From assembly GCA_964016885.1 (NCBI GenBank), contig CAXHJY010000751.1, positions 1 through 64,000 on the forward strand: 64,000 nucleotides of DNA, given 5' to 3'. The position numbers and the translations under genes were made by a program. Source of the stretch: Eledone cirrhosa. Its lineage: Eukaryota. The notes under the pieces were generated by a model. The model saw nothing but the letters and a program-made list of their open reading frames with translations. It ran no database searches and had not been told where the DNA came from. Each line of letters begins with the position of its first letter. The stretch's first letter is position 1. Below, piece after piece: positions 45,701-59,045 of the stretch.

Positions 45701-48700
45701 GGTAGTTGTGTCTGTGGTGGAGGTGATGGTAGTTGTGTCTGTGGTGGAGGTGATGGTAGTTGTGTGTGTGGTGGAGGTGATGGTAGTTGTGTCTGTGGTG
45801 GAGGTGATGGTAGTTGTGTGTGTGGTGGAGGTGATGGTAGTTGTGTCTGTGGTGGAGGTGATGGTAGATGTGTCTGTGGTGGAGGTGATGGTAGTTGTGT
45901 GTGTGGTGGAGGTGATGGTAGTTGTGTCTGTGGTGGAGGTGATGGTAGATGTGTCTGTGGTGGAGGTGATGGTAGTTGTGTGTGTGGTGGAGGTGATGGT
46001 AGTTGTGTCTGTGGTGGAGGTTATGGTAGTTGTGTCTGTGGTGGAGGTGATGGTAGTTGTGTCTGTGGTGGAGGTGATGGTAGTTGTGTCTGTGGTGGAG
46101 GTGATGGTAGTTGTGTCTGTGGTGGAGGTGATGGTAGTTGTGTCTGTGGTGGAGGTGATGGTAGTTGTGTCTGTGGTGGAGGTGATGGTAGTTGTGTCTG
46201 TGGTGGAGGTTATGGTAGTTGTGTCTGTGGTGGAGGTGATGGTAGTTGTGTCTGTGGTGGTGGAGGTGATGGTAGTTGTGTCTGTGGTGGTGGTGATGGT
46301 AGTTGTGTCTGTGGTGGAGGTGATGGTAGTTGTGTCTGTGGTGGTGGAGGTGATGGTAGTTGTGTGTGTGGTGGAGGTGATGGTAGTTGTGTCTGTGGTG
46401 GTGGAGGTGATGGTAGGTGTGTCTGTGGTGGTGGAGGTGATGGTAGTTGTGTCTGTGGTGGAGGTGATGGTAGTTGTGTCTGTGGTGGTGGAGGTGATGG
46501 TAGTTGTGTCTGTGGTGGTGGAGGTGATGGTAGTTGTGTGTGTGGTGGTGGAGGTGATGGTAGGTGTGTCTGTGGTGGTGGAGGTGATGGTAGTTGTGTC
46601 TGTGGTGGTGGAGGTGATGGTAGTTGTGTCTGTGGTGGTGGTGATGGTAGTTGTGTCTGTGGTGGTGGAGGTGATGGTAGTTGTGTCTGTGGTGGTGGAG
46701 GTGATGGTAGTTGTGTCTGTGGTGGAGGTGATGGTAGTTGTGTCTGTGGTGGAGGTGATGGTAGTTGTGTCTGTGGTGGAAGTGATGGTAGTTGTGTCTG
46801 TGGTGGAGGTGATGGTAGTTGTGTCTGTGGTGGTGGAGGTGATGGTAGTTGTGTCTGTGGTGGAGGTGATGGTAGTTGTGTCTGTGGTGGAGGTGATGGT
46901 AGTTGTGTCTGTGGTGGTGGTGATGGTAGTTGTGTCTGTGGTGGTGGAGGTGATGGTAGTTGTGTCTGTGGTGGTGGAGGTGATGGTAGTTGTGTCTGTG
47001 GTGGAGGTGATGGTAGTTGTGTCTGTGGTGGTGGAGGTGATGGTAGTTGTGTGTGTGGTGGAGGTGATGGTAGTTGTGTCTGTGGTGGAGGTGATGGTAG
47101 TTGTGTCTGTGGTGGAGGTGATGGTGGTAGTTGTGTCTGTGGTGGAAGTGATGGTAGTTGTGTCTGTGGTGGAAGTGATGGTAGTTGTGTCTGTGGTGGA
47201 GGTGATGGTAGTTGTGTCTGTGGTGGAGGTGATGGTAGTTGTGTCTGTGGTGGAGGTGATGGTAGTTGTGTCTGTGGTGGAGGTGATGGTAGTTGTGTCT
47301 GTGGTGGAGGTGATGGTAGTTGTGTCTGTGGTGGTGGAGGTGATGGTAGTTGTGTCTGTGGTGGTGGAGGTGATGGTAGTTGTGTCTGTGGTGGAGGTGA
47401 TGGTAGTTGTGTCTGTGGTGGTGGAGGTGATGGTAGTTGTGTGTGTGGTGGAGGTGATGGTAGTTGTGTCTGTGGTGGAGGTGATGGTAGTTGTGTCTGT
47501 GGTGGAGGTGATGGTGGTAGTTGTGTCTGTGGTGGAAGTGATGGTAGTTGTGTCTGTGGTGGAAGTGATGGTAGTTGTGTCTGTGGTGGAGGTGATGGTA
47601 GTTGTGTCTGTGGTGGAGGTGATGGTAGTTGTGTCTGTGGTGGAGGTGATGGTGGTAGTTGTGTCTGTGGTGGAAGTGATGGTAGTTGTGTCTGTGGTGG
47701 AGGTGATGGTAGTTGTGTCTGTGGTTGTGGAGGTGATGGTAGTTGTGTCTGTGGTGGAGGTGATGGTAGTTGTGTCTGTGGTGGAGGTGATGGTAGTTGT
47801 GTCTGTGGTGGAGGTGATGGTAGTTGTGTCTGTGGTGGTGGTGATGGTAGTTGTGTCTGTGGTGGAGGTGATGGTAGTTGTGTCTGTGGTGGAGGTGATG
47901 GTAGTTATGTCTGTGGTGGAGGTGATGGTAGTTGTGTCTGTGGTGGAGGTGATGGTAGTTGTGTCTGTGGTGGTGGAGGTGATGGTAGTTGTGTCTGTGG
48001 TGGTGGTGATGGTAGTTGTGTCTGTGGTGGAGGTGATGGTAGTTGTGTCTGTGGTGGTGGAGGTGATGGTAGTTGTGTGTGTGGTGGAGGTGATGGTAGT
48101 TGTGTATGTGGTGGAGGTGATGGTAGTTGTGTCTGTGGTGGAGGTGATGGTAGTTGTGTCTGTGGTGGTGGAGGTGATGGTAGGTGTGTGTGTGGTGGAG
48201 GTGATGGTAGTTGTGTCTGTGGTGGAGGTGATGGTAGTTGTGTCTGTGGTGGAGGTGATGGTAGTTGTGTCTGTGGTGGTGGAGGTGATGGTAGTTGTGT
48301 CTGTGGTGGAGGTGATGGTAGTTGTGTCTGTGGTGGAGGTGATGGTAGTTGTGTCTGTGGTGGAGGTGATGGTAGTTGTGTCTGTGGTGGTGGAGGTGAT
48401 GGTAGGTGTGTGTGTGGTGGAGGTGATGGTAGTTGTGTCTGTGGTGGTGGTGATGGTAGTTGTGTCTGTGGTGGAGGTGATGGTAGTTGTGTCTGTGGTG
48501 GAGGTGATGGTAGTTGTGTCTGTGGTGGGTGGTGGTGATGGTAGTTGTGTCTGTGGTGGAGGTGATGGTAGTTGTGTCTGTGGTGGAGGTGATTGGTAGT
48601 TGTGTCTGTGGTGGTGGAGGTGATGTAGTTGTGTCTGTGGTGGAGGTGATGGTAGTTGTGTCTGTGGTGGAGGTGATGGTAGTTGTGTCTGTGGTGGAGG

Positions 48701-51700
48701 TGATGGTAGTTGTGTCTGTGGTGGAGGTGATGGTAGTTGTGTGCTGTGGTGGAGGTGATGGTAGTTGTGTCTGTGGTGGAGGGTGATGGTAGTTGTGTGT
48801 GTGGTGGAGGTGATGGTAGTTGTGTCTGTGGTGGAGGTGATGGTAGATGTGTCTGTGGTGGAGGTGATGGTAGTTGTGTGTGTGGTGGAGGTGATGGTAG
48901 TTGTGTCTGTGGTGGAGGTGATGGTAGATGTGTCTGTGGTGGAGGTGATGGTAGTTGTGTGTGTGGTGGAGGTGATGGTAGTTGTGTCTGTGGTGGAGGT
49001 GATGGTAGTTGTGTCTGTGGTGTGGAGGTGATGGTAGTTGTGTCTGTGGTGGTGGTGATGGTAGTTGTGTCTGTGGTGGAGGTGATGGTAGTTGTGTCTG
49101 TGGTGGTGGAGGTGATGGTAGTTGTGTGTGTGGTGGAGGTGATGGTAGTTGTGTCTGTGGTGGTGGAGGTGATGGTAGGTGTGTGTGTGGTGGAGGTGAT
49201 GGTAGTTGTGTCTGTGGTGGTGGTGATGGTAGTTGTGTCTGTGGTGGAGGTGATGGTAGTTGTGTCTGTGGTGGTGGAGGTGATGGTAGTTGTGTCTGTG
49301 GTGGAGGTGATGGTAGTTGTGTCTGTGGTGGAGGTGATGGTAGTTGTGTCTGTGGTGGAGGTGATGGTAGTTGTGTCTGTGGTGGTGGAGGTGATGGTAG
49401 TTGTGTCTGTGGTGGTGGAGGTGATGGTAGTTGTGTCTGTGGTGGAGGTGATGGTAGTTGTGTCTGTGGTGGTGGAGGTGATGGGTAGTTGTGTCTGTGG
49501 TGGAGGTGATGGTAGTTGTGTCTGTGGTGGAGGTGATGGTGTAGTTGTGTCTGTGGTGGAAGTGATGGTAGTTGTGTCTGTGGTGGGCAGTGATGGTAGT
49601 TGTGTCTGTGGTGGAGGTGATGGTAGTTGTGTCTGTGGTGGAGGTGATGGTAGTTGTGTCTGTGGTGGAGCTGATGGTGGTAGTTGTGTCTGTGGTGGAA
49701 GTGATGGTAGTTGTGTCTGTGGTGGAGGTGATGGTAGTTGTGTCTGTGGTGGAGGAGGTGATGGTAGTTGTGTCTGTGGTGGAGGTGATGGTAGTTGTGT
49801 CTGTGGTGGAGGTGATGGTAGTTGTGTCTGTGGTGGTGGAGGTGATGGTAGTTGTGTCTGTGGTGGAGGTGATGGTAGTTGTGTCTGTGGTGGTGGAGGT
49901 GATGGTAGTTGTGTCTGTGGTGGAGGTGATGGTAGTTGTGTCTGTGGTGGAGGTGATGGTAGTTGTGTCTGTGGGTGGAGGTGATGGTAGTTGTGTCTGT
50001 GGGTCGGAGGTGATGGTAGTTGTGTCTGTGGTGGTGGAGGTGATGGTAGTTGTGTCTGTGGTGGAGGTGATGGTATTGTGTCTGTGGTGGAGGTGATGGT
50101 AGTTGTGTCTGTGGTGGTGGAGGTGATGGTAGTTGTGTCTGTGGTGGAGGTGATGGTAGTTGTGTCTGTGGTGGTGAGGTGATGGTAGTTGTGTCTGTGG
50201 TGGAGGTGATGGTAGTTGTGTCTGTGGTGGAGTTGATGGTAGTTGTGTCCTGTGGTGGTGGTGATGGTAGTTGTGTCTGTGGTGGTGAGGTGATGGTAGT
50301 TGTGTCTGTGGTGGTGGAGGTGATGGTAGTTGTGTCTGTGGTGGAGGTGATGGTAGTTGTGTCTGTGGTGGTGGAGGTGATGGTAGTTGTGTGTGTGGTG
50401 GAGGTGATTGGGTAGTTGTGTCTGTGGTGGAGGTGATGGTAGTTGTGTCTGTGGTGGAGGTGATGGTGGTAGTTGTGTCTGTGGTGGAAGTGATGGTAGT
50501 TGTGTCTGTGGTGGAAGTGATGGTAGTTGTGTCTGTGGTGGAGGTGATGGTAGTTGTGTCTGTGGTGGAGGTGATGGTAGTTGTGTCTGTGGTGGAGGTG
50601 ATGGTAGTTGTGTCTGTGGTGGAGGTGATGGTAGTTGTGTCTGTGGTGGAGGTGATGGTAGTTGTGTCTGTGGTGGTGGAGGTGATGGTAGTTGTGTCTG
50701 TGGTGGTGGAGGTGATGGTAGTTGTGTCTGTGGTGGAGGTGATGGTAGTTGTGTCTGTGGTGGTGGAGGTGATGGTAGTTGTGTGTGTGGTGGAGGGTGA
50801 TGGTAGTTGTGTCTGTGGTGGAGGTGATGGTAGTTGTGTCTGTGGTGGAGGTGATGGTGGTAGTTGTGTCTGTGGTGGAAGTGATGGTAGTTGTGGTCTG
50901 TGGTGGAAGTGATGGTAGTTGTGTCTGTGGTGGAGGTGATGGTAGTTGTGTCTGTGGTGGAGGTGATGGTAGTTGTGTCTGTGGTGGAGGTGATGGTGGT
51001 AGTTGTGTCTGTGGTGGAAGTGATGGTAGTTGTGTCTGTGGTGGAGGTGATGGTAGTTGTGTCTGTGGTTGTGGAGGTGATGGTAGTTGTGTCTGTGGTG
51101 GAGGTGATGGTAGTTGTGTCTGTGGTGGAGGTGATGGTAGTTGTGTCTGTGGTGGAGGTGATGGTAGTTGTGTCTGTGGTGGTGGTGATGGTAGTTGTGT
51201 CTGTGGTGGAGGTGATGGTAGTTGTGTCTGTGGTGGAGGTGATGGTAGTTATGTCTGTGGTGGAGGTGATGGTAGTTGTGTCTGTGGTGGAGGTGATGGT
51301 AGTTGTGTCTGTGGTGGTGGAGGTGATGGTAGTTGTGTCTGTGGTGGTGGTGATGGTAGTTGTGTCTGTGGTGGAGGTGATGGTAGTTGTGTCTGTGGTG
51401 GTGGAGGTGATGGTAGTTGTGTGTGTGGTGGAGGTGATGGTAGTTGTGTATGTGGTGGAGGTGATGGTAGTTGTGTCTGTGGTGGAGGTGATGGTAGTTG
51501 TGTCTGTGGTGGTGGAGGTGATGGTAGGTGTGTGTGTGGTGGAGGTGATGGTAGTTGTGTCTGTGGTGGAGGTGATGGTAGTTGTGTCTGTGGTGGAGGT
51601 GATGGTAGTTGTGTCTGTGGTGGTGGAGGTGATGGTAGTTGTGTCTGTGGTGGAGGTGATGGTAGTTGTGTCTGTGGTGGAGGTGATGGTAGTTGTGTCT

Positions 51701-54266
51701 GTGGTGGAGGTGATGGTAGTTGTGTCTGTGGTGGTGGAGGTGATGGTAGGTGTGTGTGTGGTGGAGGTGATGGTAGTTGTGTCTGTGGTGGTGGTGATGG
51801 TAGTTGTGTCTGTGGTGGAGGTGATGGTAGTTGTGTCTGTGGTGGAGGTGATGGTAGTTGTGTCTGTGGTGGTGGTGGTGATGGTAGTTGTGTCTGTGGT
51901 GGAGGTGATGGTAGTTGTGTCTGTGGTGGAGGTGATGGTAGTTGTGTCTGTGGTGGTGGAGGTGATGGTAGTTGTGTCTGTGGTGGAGGTGATGGTAGTT
52001 GTGTCTGTGGTGGAGGTGATGGTAGTTGTGTCTGTGGTGGAGGTGATGGTAGTTGTGTCTGTTGTGGAGGTGATGGTAGTTGTGTGTGTGGTGGAGGTGA
52101 TGGTAGTTGTGTCTGTGGTGGAGGTGATGGTAGTTGTGTGTGTGGTGGAGGTGATGGTAGTTGTGTCTGTGGTGGAGGTGATGGTAGATGTGTCTGTGGT
52201 GGAGGTGATGGTAGTTGTGTGTGTGGTGGAGGTGATGGTAGTTGTGTCTGTGGTGGAGGTGATGGTAGATGTGTCTGTGGTGGAGGTGATGGTAGTTGTG
52301 TGTGTGGTGGAGGTGATGGTAGTTGTGTCTGTGGTGGAGGTGATGGTAGTTGTGTCTGTGGTGGTGGAGGTGATGGTAGTTGTGTCTGTGGTGGTGGTGA
52401 TGGTAGTTGTGTCTGTGGTGGAGGTGATGGTAGTTGTGTCTGTGGTGGTGGAGGTGATGGTAGTTGTGTGTGTGGTGGAGGTGATGGTAGTTGTGTCTGT
52501 GGTGGTGGAGGTGATGGTAGGTGTGTGTGTGGTGGAGGTGATGGTAGTTGTGTCTGTGGTGGTGGTGATGGTAGTTGTGTCTGTGGTGGAGGTGATGGTA
52601 GTTGTGTCTGTGGTGGAGGTGATGGTAGTTGTGTCTGTGGTGGAGGTGATGGTAGTTGTGTCTGTGGTGGAGGTGATGGTAGTTGTGTCTGTGGTGGAGG
52701 TGATGGTAGTTGTGTCTGTGGTGGTGGAGGTGATGGTAGTTGTGTCTGTGTGGTGGAGGTGATGGTAGTTGTGTCTGTGGTGGAGGTGATGGTAGTTGTG
52801 TCTGTGGTGGTGGAGGTGATGGTAGTTGTGTCTGTGGTGGAGGTGATGGTAGTTGTGTCTGTGGTGGAGGTGATGGTGGTAGTTGTGTCTGTGGTGGAAG
52901 TGATGTAGTTGTGTCTGTGGTGGAGGTGATGGTAGTTGTGTCTGTGGTGGAGGTGATGGTGGTAGTTGTGTCTGTGGTGGAAGTGATGGTAGTTGTGTCT
53001 GTGGTGGAAGTGATGGTAGTTGTGTCTGTGGTGGAGGTGATGGTAGTTGTGTCTGTGGTGGAGGTGATGGTAGTTGTGTCTGTGGTGGAGGTGATGGTGG
53101 TAGTTGTGTCTGTGGTGGAAGTGATGGTAGTTGTGTCTGTGGTGGAGGTGATGGTAGTTGTGTCTGTGGTGGTGGAGGTGATGGTAGTTGTGTCTGTGGT
53201 GGAGGTGATGGTAGTTGTGTCTGTGGTGGAGGTGATGGTAGTTGTGTCTGTGGTGGTGGAGGTGATGGTAGTTGTGTCTGTGGTGGAGGTGATGGTAGTT
53301 GTGTCTGTGGTGGTGGAGGTGATGGTAGTTGTGTCTGTGGTGGAGGTGATGGTAGTTGTGTCTGTGGTGGAGGTGATGGTAGTTGTGTCTGTGGTGGTGG
53401 AGGTGATGGTAGTTGTGTCTGTGGTGGAGGTGATGGTAGTTGTGTCTGTGGTGGTGGAGGTGATGGTAGTTGTGTCTGTGGTGGAGGTGATGGTAGTTGT
53501 GTCTGTGGTGGAGGTGATGGTAGTTGTGTCTGTGGTGGTGGAGGTGATGGTAGTTGTGTCTGTGGTGGAGGTGATGGTAGTTGTGTCTGTGGTGGTGGAG
53601 GTGATGGTAGTTGTGTCTGTGGTGGAGGTGATGGTAGTTGTGTCTGTGGTGGAGGTGATGGTAGTTGTGTCTGTGGTGGAGGTGATGGTAGTTGTGTCTG
53701 TGGTGGAGGTGATGGTAGTTGTGTCTGTGGTGGAGGTGATGGTAGTTGTGTCTGTGGTGGTGGAGGTGATGGTAGTTGTGTCTGTGGTGGAGGTGATGGT
53801 AGTTGTGTCTGTGGTGGAGGTGATGGTAGTTGTGTCTGTGGTGGAGGTGATGGTAGTTGTGTCTGTGGTGGAGGTGATGGTAGTTGTGTGTGTGGTGGAG
53901 GTGATGGTAGTTGTGTCTGTGGTGGAGGTGATGGTAGTTGTGTCTGTGGTGGAGGTGATGGTAGTTGTGTCTGTGGTGGAGGTGATGGTAGTTGTGTCTG
54001 TGGTGGAGGTGATGGTAGTTGTGTCTGTGGTGGAGGTGATGGTAGTTGTGTCTGTGGTGGTGGAGGTGATGGTAGTTGTGTCTGTGGTGGAGGTGATGGT
54101 AGTTGTGTCTGTGGTGGAGGTGATGGTAGTTGTGTCTGTGGTGGAGGTGATGGTAGTTGTGTCTGTGGTGGAGGTGATGGTAGTTGTGTCTGTGGTGGTG
54201 GTGATGGTAGTTGTGTCTGTGGTGGAGGTGATGGTAGTTGTGTCTGTGGTGGAGGTGATGGTAGTT
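33710..54266. repeat. 20.5-kb tandem array of 21/24-bp unit GGT(GGT)GGAGGTGATGGTAGTTGTGTCTGT
   Basis: Directly visible. Unit length varies by GGT triplets. Confidence 0.98.
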
Positions 54267-54592
54267 GATACCAAACTCTGCCTGAAACCACGTTACAAAA
54301 CTGTATATTTATCTAAAAACATTCCATCATAATTTTATGTAAAAACCTTTGTTAAGTTATGTTCCAAACATTAGCTTAATCCTTTTGATGCCAAACCGTC
54401 CGAAACCACCCCTGCTTTTACGATACAAAACTGTTTGTTTTAAAGTGTTTATATTTATCTACAATCATTTCAACATAATTTTATGTAAGAACTTTTGTTA
54501 AGTTATGTTCCAAACACCAGCTTAGCTCATTTAATACCAAACTACCCGAAACCACCCCTGTTTTTACGATAGAAAACTGTTTATTTTAAAGT
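54267..54592. repeat. About 2.3 diverged tandem copies of a ~145-bp AT-rich unit
   Basis: CATAATTTTATGTAA.AAC.TTTGTTAAGTTATGTTCCAAACA and CCGAAACCACCCCTG each occur twice. Confidence 0.75.
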
Positions 54593-54775
54593 ATGGGGCG
54601 ATGTACAAAGACACACACACACACGTATATATATATATATATATTTTTTATTTTGATCATGCTTTTATTTTTATTTTTATTTTCATTTCCACCGTTTCCT
54701 CCCACCCCCTTTTTGCTATATGTCTCTCCACCACTCCCCTACACATCCCTTGAACTCTCTTCCCACACACTTTTC

Positions 54776-54807
54776 ACCTGAAGAAGGGCTTATGCCCGAA
54801 ACGTCGT
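54776..54807 (+). ncRNA. Minimal hammerhead motif (PLE pLTR type)
   Basis: CTGAAGA-A-GGGC TTAT GCCC-GAAACGTC. Stem I is very short or eroded. Confidence 0.62.
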
Positions 54808-54894
54808 TCCCCACCACCACCCCACTCCCAAGAGCATGAAATTAATAAACATTCGTTGTACTGCCTCTCTGTTTTGTTCCTGTTAAAATTTTCC

Positions 54895-54932
<38 letters not shown>

Positions 54933-55219
54933 AGAAAAAAAGAGAATCAGTGTTGCGACGAATGGAATTTATTGGACATATTACAATCGTTTCTCTGGCG
55001 ACCAGCTCGAGGCACGATGGATGTGATGGTCGAACTTGACTCTGAAAATTGCAAGGTCCTCATATACGTCTTGATTCTACGAAGCAGATTTTCCCATGAG
55101 AGCATCGAGTGCTCATACGGCCTACCGCATATGGACACTTTAAGCATCCAACACCAATTATATATATATATATATATACATGTTTCGACATTCCTTATGC
55201 TCCGATGATTCCAGACTTC

Positions 55220-55297
<78 letters not shown>

Positions 55298-55442
55298 GTA
55301 GAACACTGGAAGGTAATATCCGTAGTGATAGAGCACTCAGTCCATGGGACGAGTTAAGTAGAAGTGGTTACACAACAGTTAGTTCACCATACCGAGAACA
55401 ATTGTTTCACCTTAGCGGATCCTCAGCTCGTAATGCATTACG

Positions 55443-55520
<78 letters not shown>

Positions 55521-55682
55521 CTACCAAAATGTACGGTAGTGTCCAATCCGTATGAAGAACTCAATGTAATCCGAATATCATGAAAAGAGAATATGTATTC
55601 AAAACTTTTTTTCGATGAAGAATACAGGAAAACAGAGTCAAGATAAATTAATAAAAATAATGAATAAACAAAGAAACAGTTC

Positions 55683-55733
<51 letters not shown>

Positions 55734-55736
<3 letters not shown>

Positions 55737-56533
55737 GGAGTATCGCTTAAGGCTTTCTCTGTTTATGTATTGAATATATACTCTTAGGAGCATGATGTGG
55801 ATTCCAGATGTAAGGTATGACTCTCTTTATTATTATTATTTTTTATATGAAATACTGATTGACCTTATATCCCGTGTCTGATTTAGCCTTAGACAATAGC
55901 TATGTGTATATATGCGTGATCCATACATATATTTATTATGTTTTAATATCTCTGTGTGTGAATTAGTTGTGTATACATGTTGTTATTCTTTTAAATTTCC
56001 AATTAAGTTCTTATACACGTGGTTAATACCTAACAGGTTTAATTAACCAGCGTGTATATTGTTTTATTTTAAGATGACCTCCGTTTACCCTTTTGGGGGC
56101 AGCGTGTATTTTTTCTTTGAGAGGACTGCTGGATTCTAATCTACCAGTCTCTTCTTAGCGCTGAGGGAGACCATCGCCATTCTGTTAATGTCGATATAAT
56201 TCTTATATCGTTATTGACTGGGCATCCACTGATGAGTTTATAAGAGCCCGCTTGTGTATAAAACTATGGATTATATACAAGTTTCTACATAACCTGGAAA
56301 TTATTTATCCCAAATTGTAGAAATCTTATAACGAAACGGCCGTCTGGAAGAAATGACATATTTATTTAATAATGTCTCATATAAAATAATACAACCAATT
56401 ATCCACGAAATACTGATTAGTTAGCACCCCAAACACTAAATTGGGATAATACTTAAGTATATCCTAATGTTTGTTGAGTGAGATGAAGTTGGTCGGAGTA
56501 TCGCTTAAGGCTTTCTCTGTTTATGTATTGAAT
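55734..56533 (+). mobile_element. Non-coding hammerhead-bearing cassette with ~42-bp terminal direct repeats (solo pLTR / retrozyme-like)
   Basis: GTCGGAGTATCGCTTAAGGCTTTCTCTGTTTATGTATTGAAT occurs at 55734 and 56492. The cassette has an internal hammerhead and is flanked by (TA)n. Confidence 0.75.
56225..56348 (+). ncRNA. Type I hammerhead ribozyme with branched stem II
   Basis: TCCA-CTGATGA-GTTTATAAGA...TCTTATAAC-GAAAC GGCC GTC-TGGA has a canonical core, a GUC triplet and palindromic stem III ACGGCCGT. Confidence 0.85.
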
Positions 56534-56620
56534 TATATATATACACTTACGGTAAATATCGATGCAATTCAATTGAATTGCATCGATATTTACCGTAAGT
56601 ATATATATATAATTCAATAC
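56525..56620. repeat. ~96-bp near-perfect palindrome
   Basis: GTATTGAATTATATATATACACTTACGGTAAATATCGATGCAATTCAA followed by its reverse complement with one mismatch. Confidence 0.9.
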
Positions 56621-56849
56621 TCTACGTACTTTTTTCAACAATGGAATGACGGAGCATATTTAGAATAAGAAAATGCGAAGTAGTAGATCTAAAAGTCCTT
56701 TATTGATAAGGCTGTGATACACACTTCAATGATGACAGTGGCCACGTGATTCCACGTAACTAGTGGCATGATCTCATCAGAATGAAGCTGTCTGAAACTA
56801 CTTCACATTTTCTTATTCTACATAAAAACATATAGATACATAGATACAT

Positions 56850-57397
56850 AATGGCTGCCCTTTCGTTATCGAGTATAGGTATTGCACGATATACCTTTAT
56901 TAATACGCACAGGCATTGCCCGATAGAATTAATTAATTGTTTCTACGTTAGGCACAAGGCCATCAATTACCCAGTGTATTACTGGTACTTTATTTTATCC
57001 CTACGGGGTCGATAAAATAAAGTACCAGTAATACACTGGCTAAATGCTGGCCTTGTGCCTAACGTAGAAACAATTAATTAATTCTATCGTGCAATGCCTG
57101 TGCGTGAAGATATTTTTTAAAGTGAGGAAAGACTGTGCACTGAGCCAATCCCACTCTCTGAGCGACAGTAGCTATAACCCGAAAAGAAGAAAAGATGAAC
57201 ATCATCGGTAACTACTGAGCCGCAGGTTTTATATCGGAGTTATCCCAGTTTCCTGAGTTGTCTTCTCCTAGAAGAATGCCCTGACAAGGGCTAGGGGTCC
57301 TTCACTCCCAGTGGTTTAACCGCGCGGTTCATGTGTGTATACATATTTACACACTTTCGGATGGCCGTTGACTCTCATGAGTTCTTCCGCCCTTTGC
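56850..57397 (-). mobile_element. RTE-derived non-autonomous element family B, copy 2
   Basis: Aligns with 29676-30152 and is interrupted by a palindromic SINE insertion. Confidence 0.78.
56905..57105. repeat. ~200-bp palindrome of two head-to-head SINE 3' halves plus inverted host sequence
   Basis: ACGCACAGGCATTGC.CGATAGAATTAATTAATTGTTTCTACGTTAGGCACAAGGCC... and its reverse complement. Confidence 0.88.
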
Positions 57398-58860
57398 ATA
57401 CATACATACATAATACATACATACATACATACATAATACATACATACATACATACGTACATACATACGTACATACATAATACATACATACATACGTACAT
57501 ACATACGTACATACATAATACATACATACATACGTACATACATACATACATACATACATACGTACATACACACATACATACGTACATACATAATACATAC
57601 ATACATACGTACATACATACATACATACGTACATACATACATACGTACATTCATACATGCATACATACATACATACATACATACATACATACATACGTAC
57701 ATACATACGTACATACATACGTACATACATAATACATACATACATACGTACATACATAATACATACATACATACATACGTACATACACACATACATACGT
57801 ACATACATACATACGTACATACATAATACATACATACATACGTACATACATACATACATACGTACATACATACATACGTACATTCATACATACATACATA
57901 CATACATACATACGTACATACATACGTACATACATACGTACATACATACATACATACATACATACGTACATACATACGTACATACATACGTACATACATA
58001 CATACATACATACGTACGTACATACATACATACATACATACATACATACGTACATACATACATACATACATACATACGTACATACATACATACGTACGTA
58101 CATACATACATACATACATACGTACATACATACGTACGTACATACATACATACATACATACGTACATACGTACGTACGTACATACATACATACATACATA
58201 CATACATACATACATACATACATACGTACATACATACATACGTACGTACGTACATACATACGTACGTACATACATACATACATACGTACATACATACATA
58301 CATACATACATACGTACATACATACGTACATACATACATACGTACATACATACATACATACATACATACGTACGTACATACATACATACATACATACATA
58401 CATACGTACGTACATACATAATACATACATACATACACACATACATACATACATACGTACATACATACGTACATACATAATACATACATACATACGTACA
58501 TACATAATACATACATACATACGTACATACATACGTACATACATACGTACATACATAATACATACATACATACATACATACATACGTACGTACGTACATA
58601 CATACATACATACATACATACATACATACATACATACATACATACGTACGTACATACATACATACATACATACATACGTACGTACGTACATACATACATA
58701 CATACATACGTACATACATACATACATACATACATACATACATACATACATACATACGTACATACATACATACATACATACATACATACATACATACATA
58801 CATACATACGTACATACATACATACATACATACATACATACGTACATACATATGTACATA
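57398..58860. repeat. (TACA)n/(TACG) tetranucleotide microsatellite
   Basis: Directly visible. Confidence 0.97.
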
Positions 58861-58969
58861 CAGACAGACAGGAGTTTTATTAAGGAAACAAGGTGAGCCG
58901 TTAATTAGATATAAAATGTTATTTTAATAACTGGTTTACAGATAACCCGGATGTGAAGTACGATGTGTT

Positions 58970-59011
58970 TTGGTGTTGGTGGTATCATTAGTGAAACTAG
59001 TAGTAGTGGCT

Positions 59012-59045
<34 letters not shown>

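Noticed and set aside
40679-54291. 4531-aa and 2128-aa minus-strand ORFs as genes
   Set aside because: All three minus frames of the unit lack stops, so the ORFs wander between [17 protein letters not shown] and HHRHNY phases at indels.
54900-55740. CRISPR-like repeat/spacer alternation
   Set aside because: The repeats are plain TA microsatellites of variable length, the spacers are irregular, and the context is eukaryotic with no cas genes.
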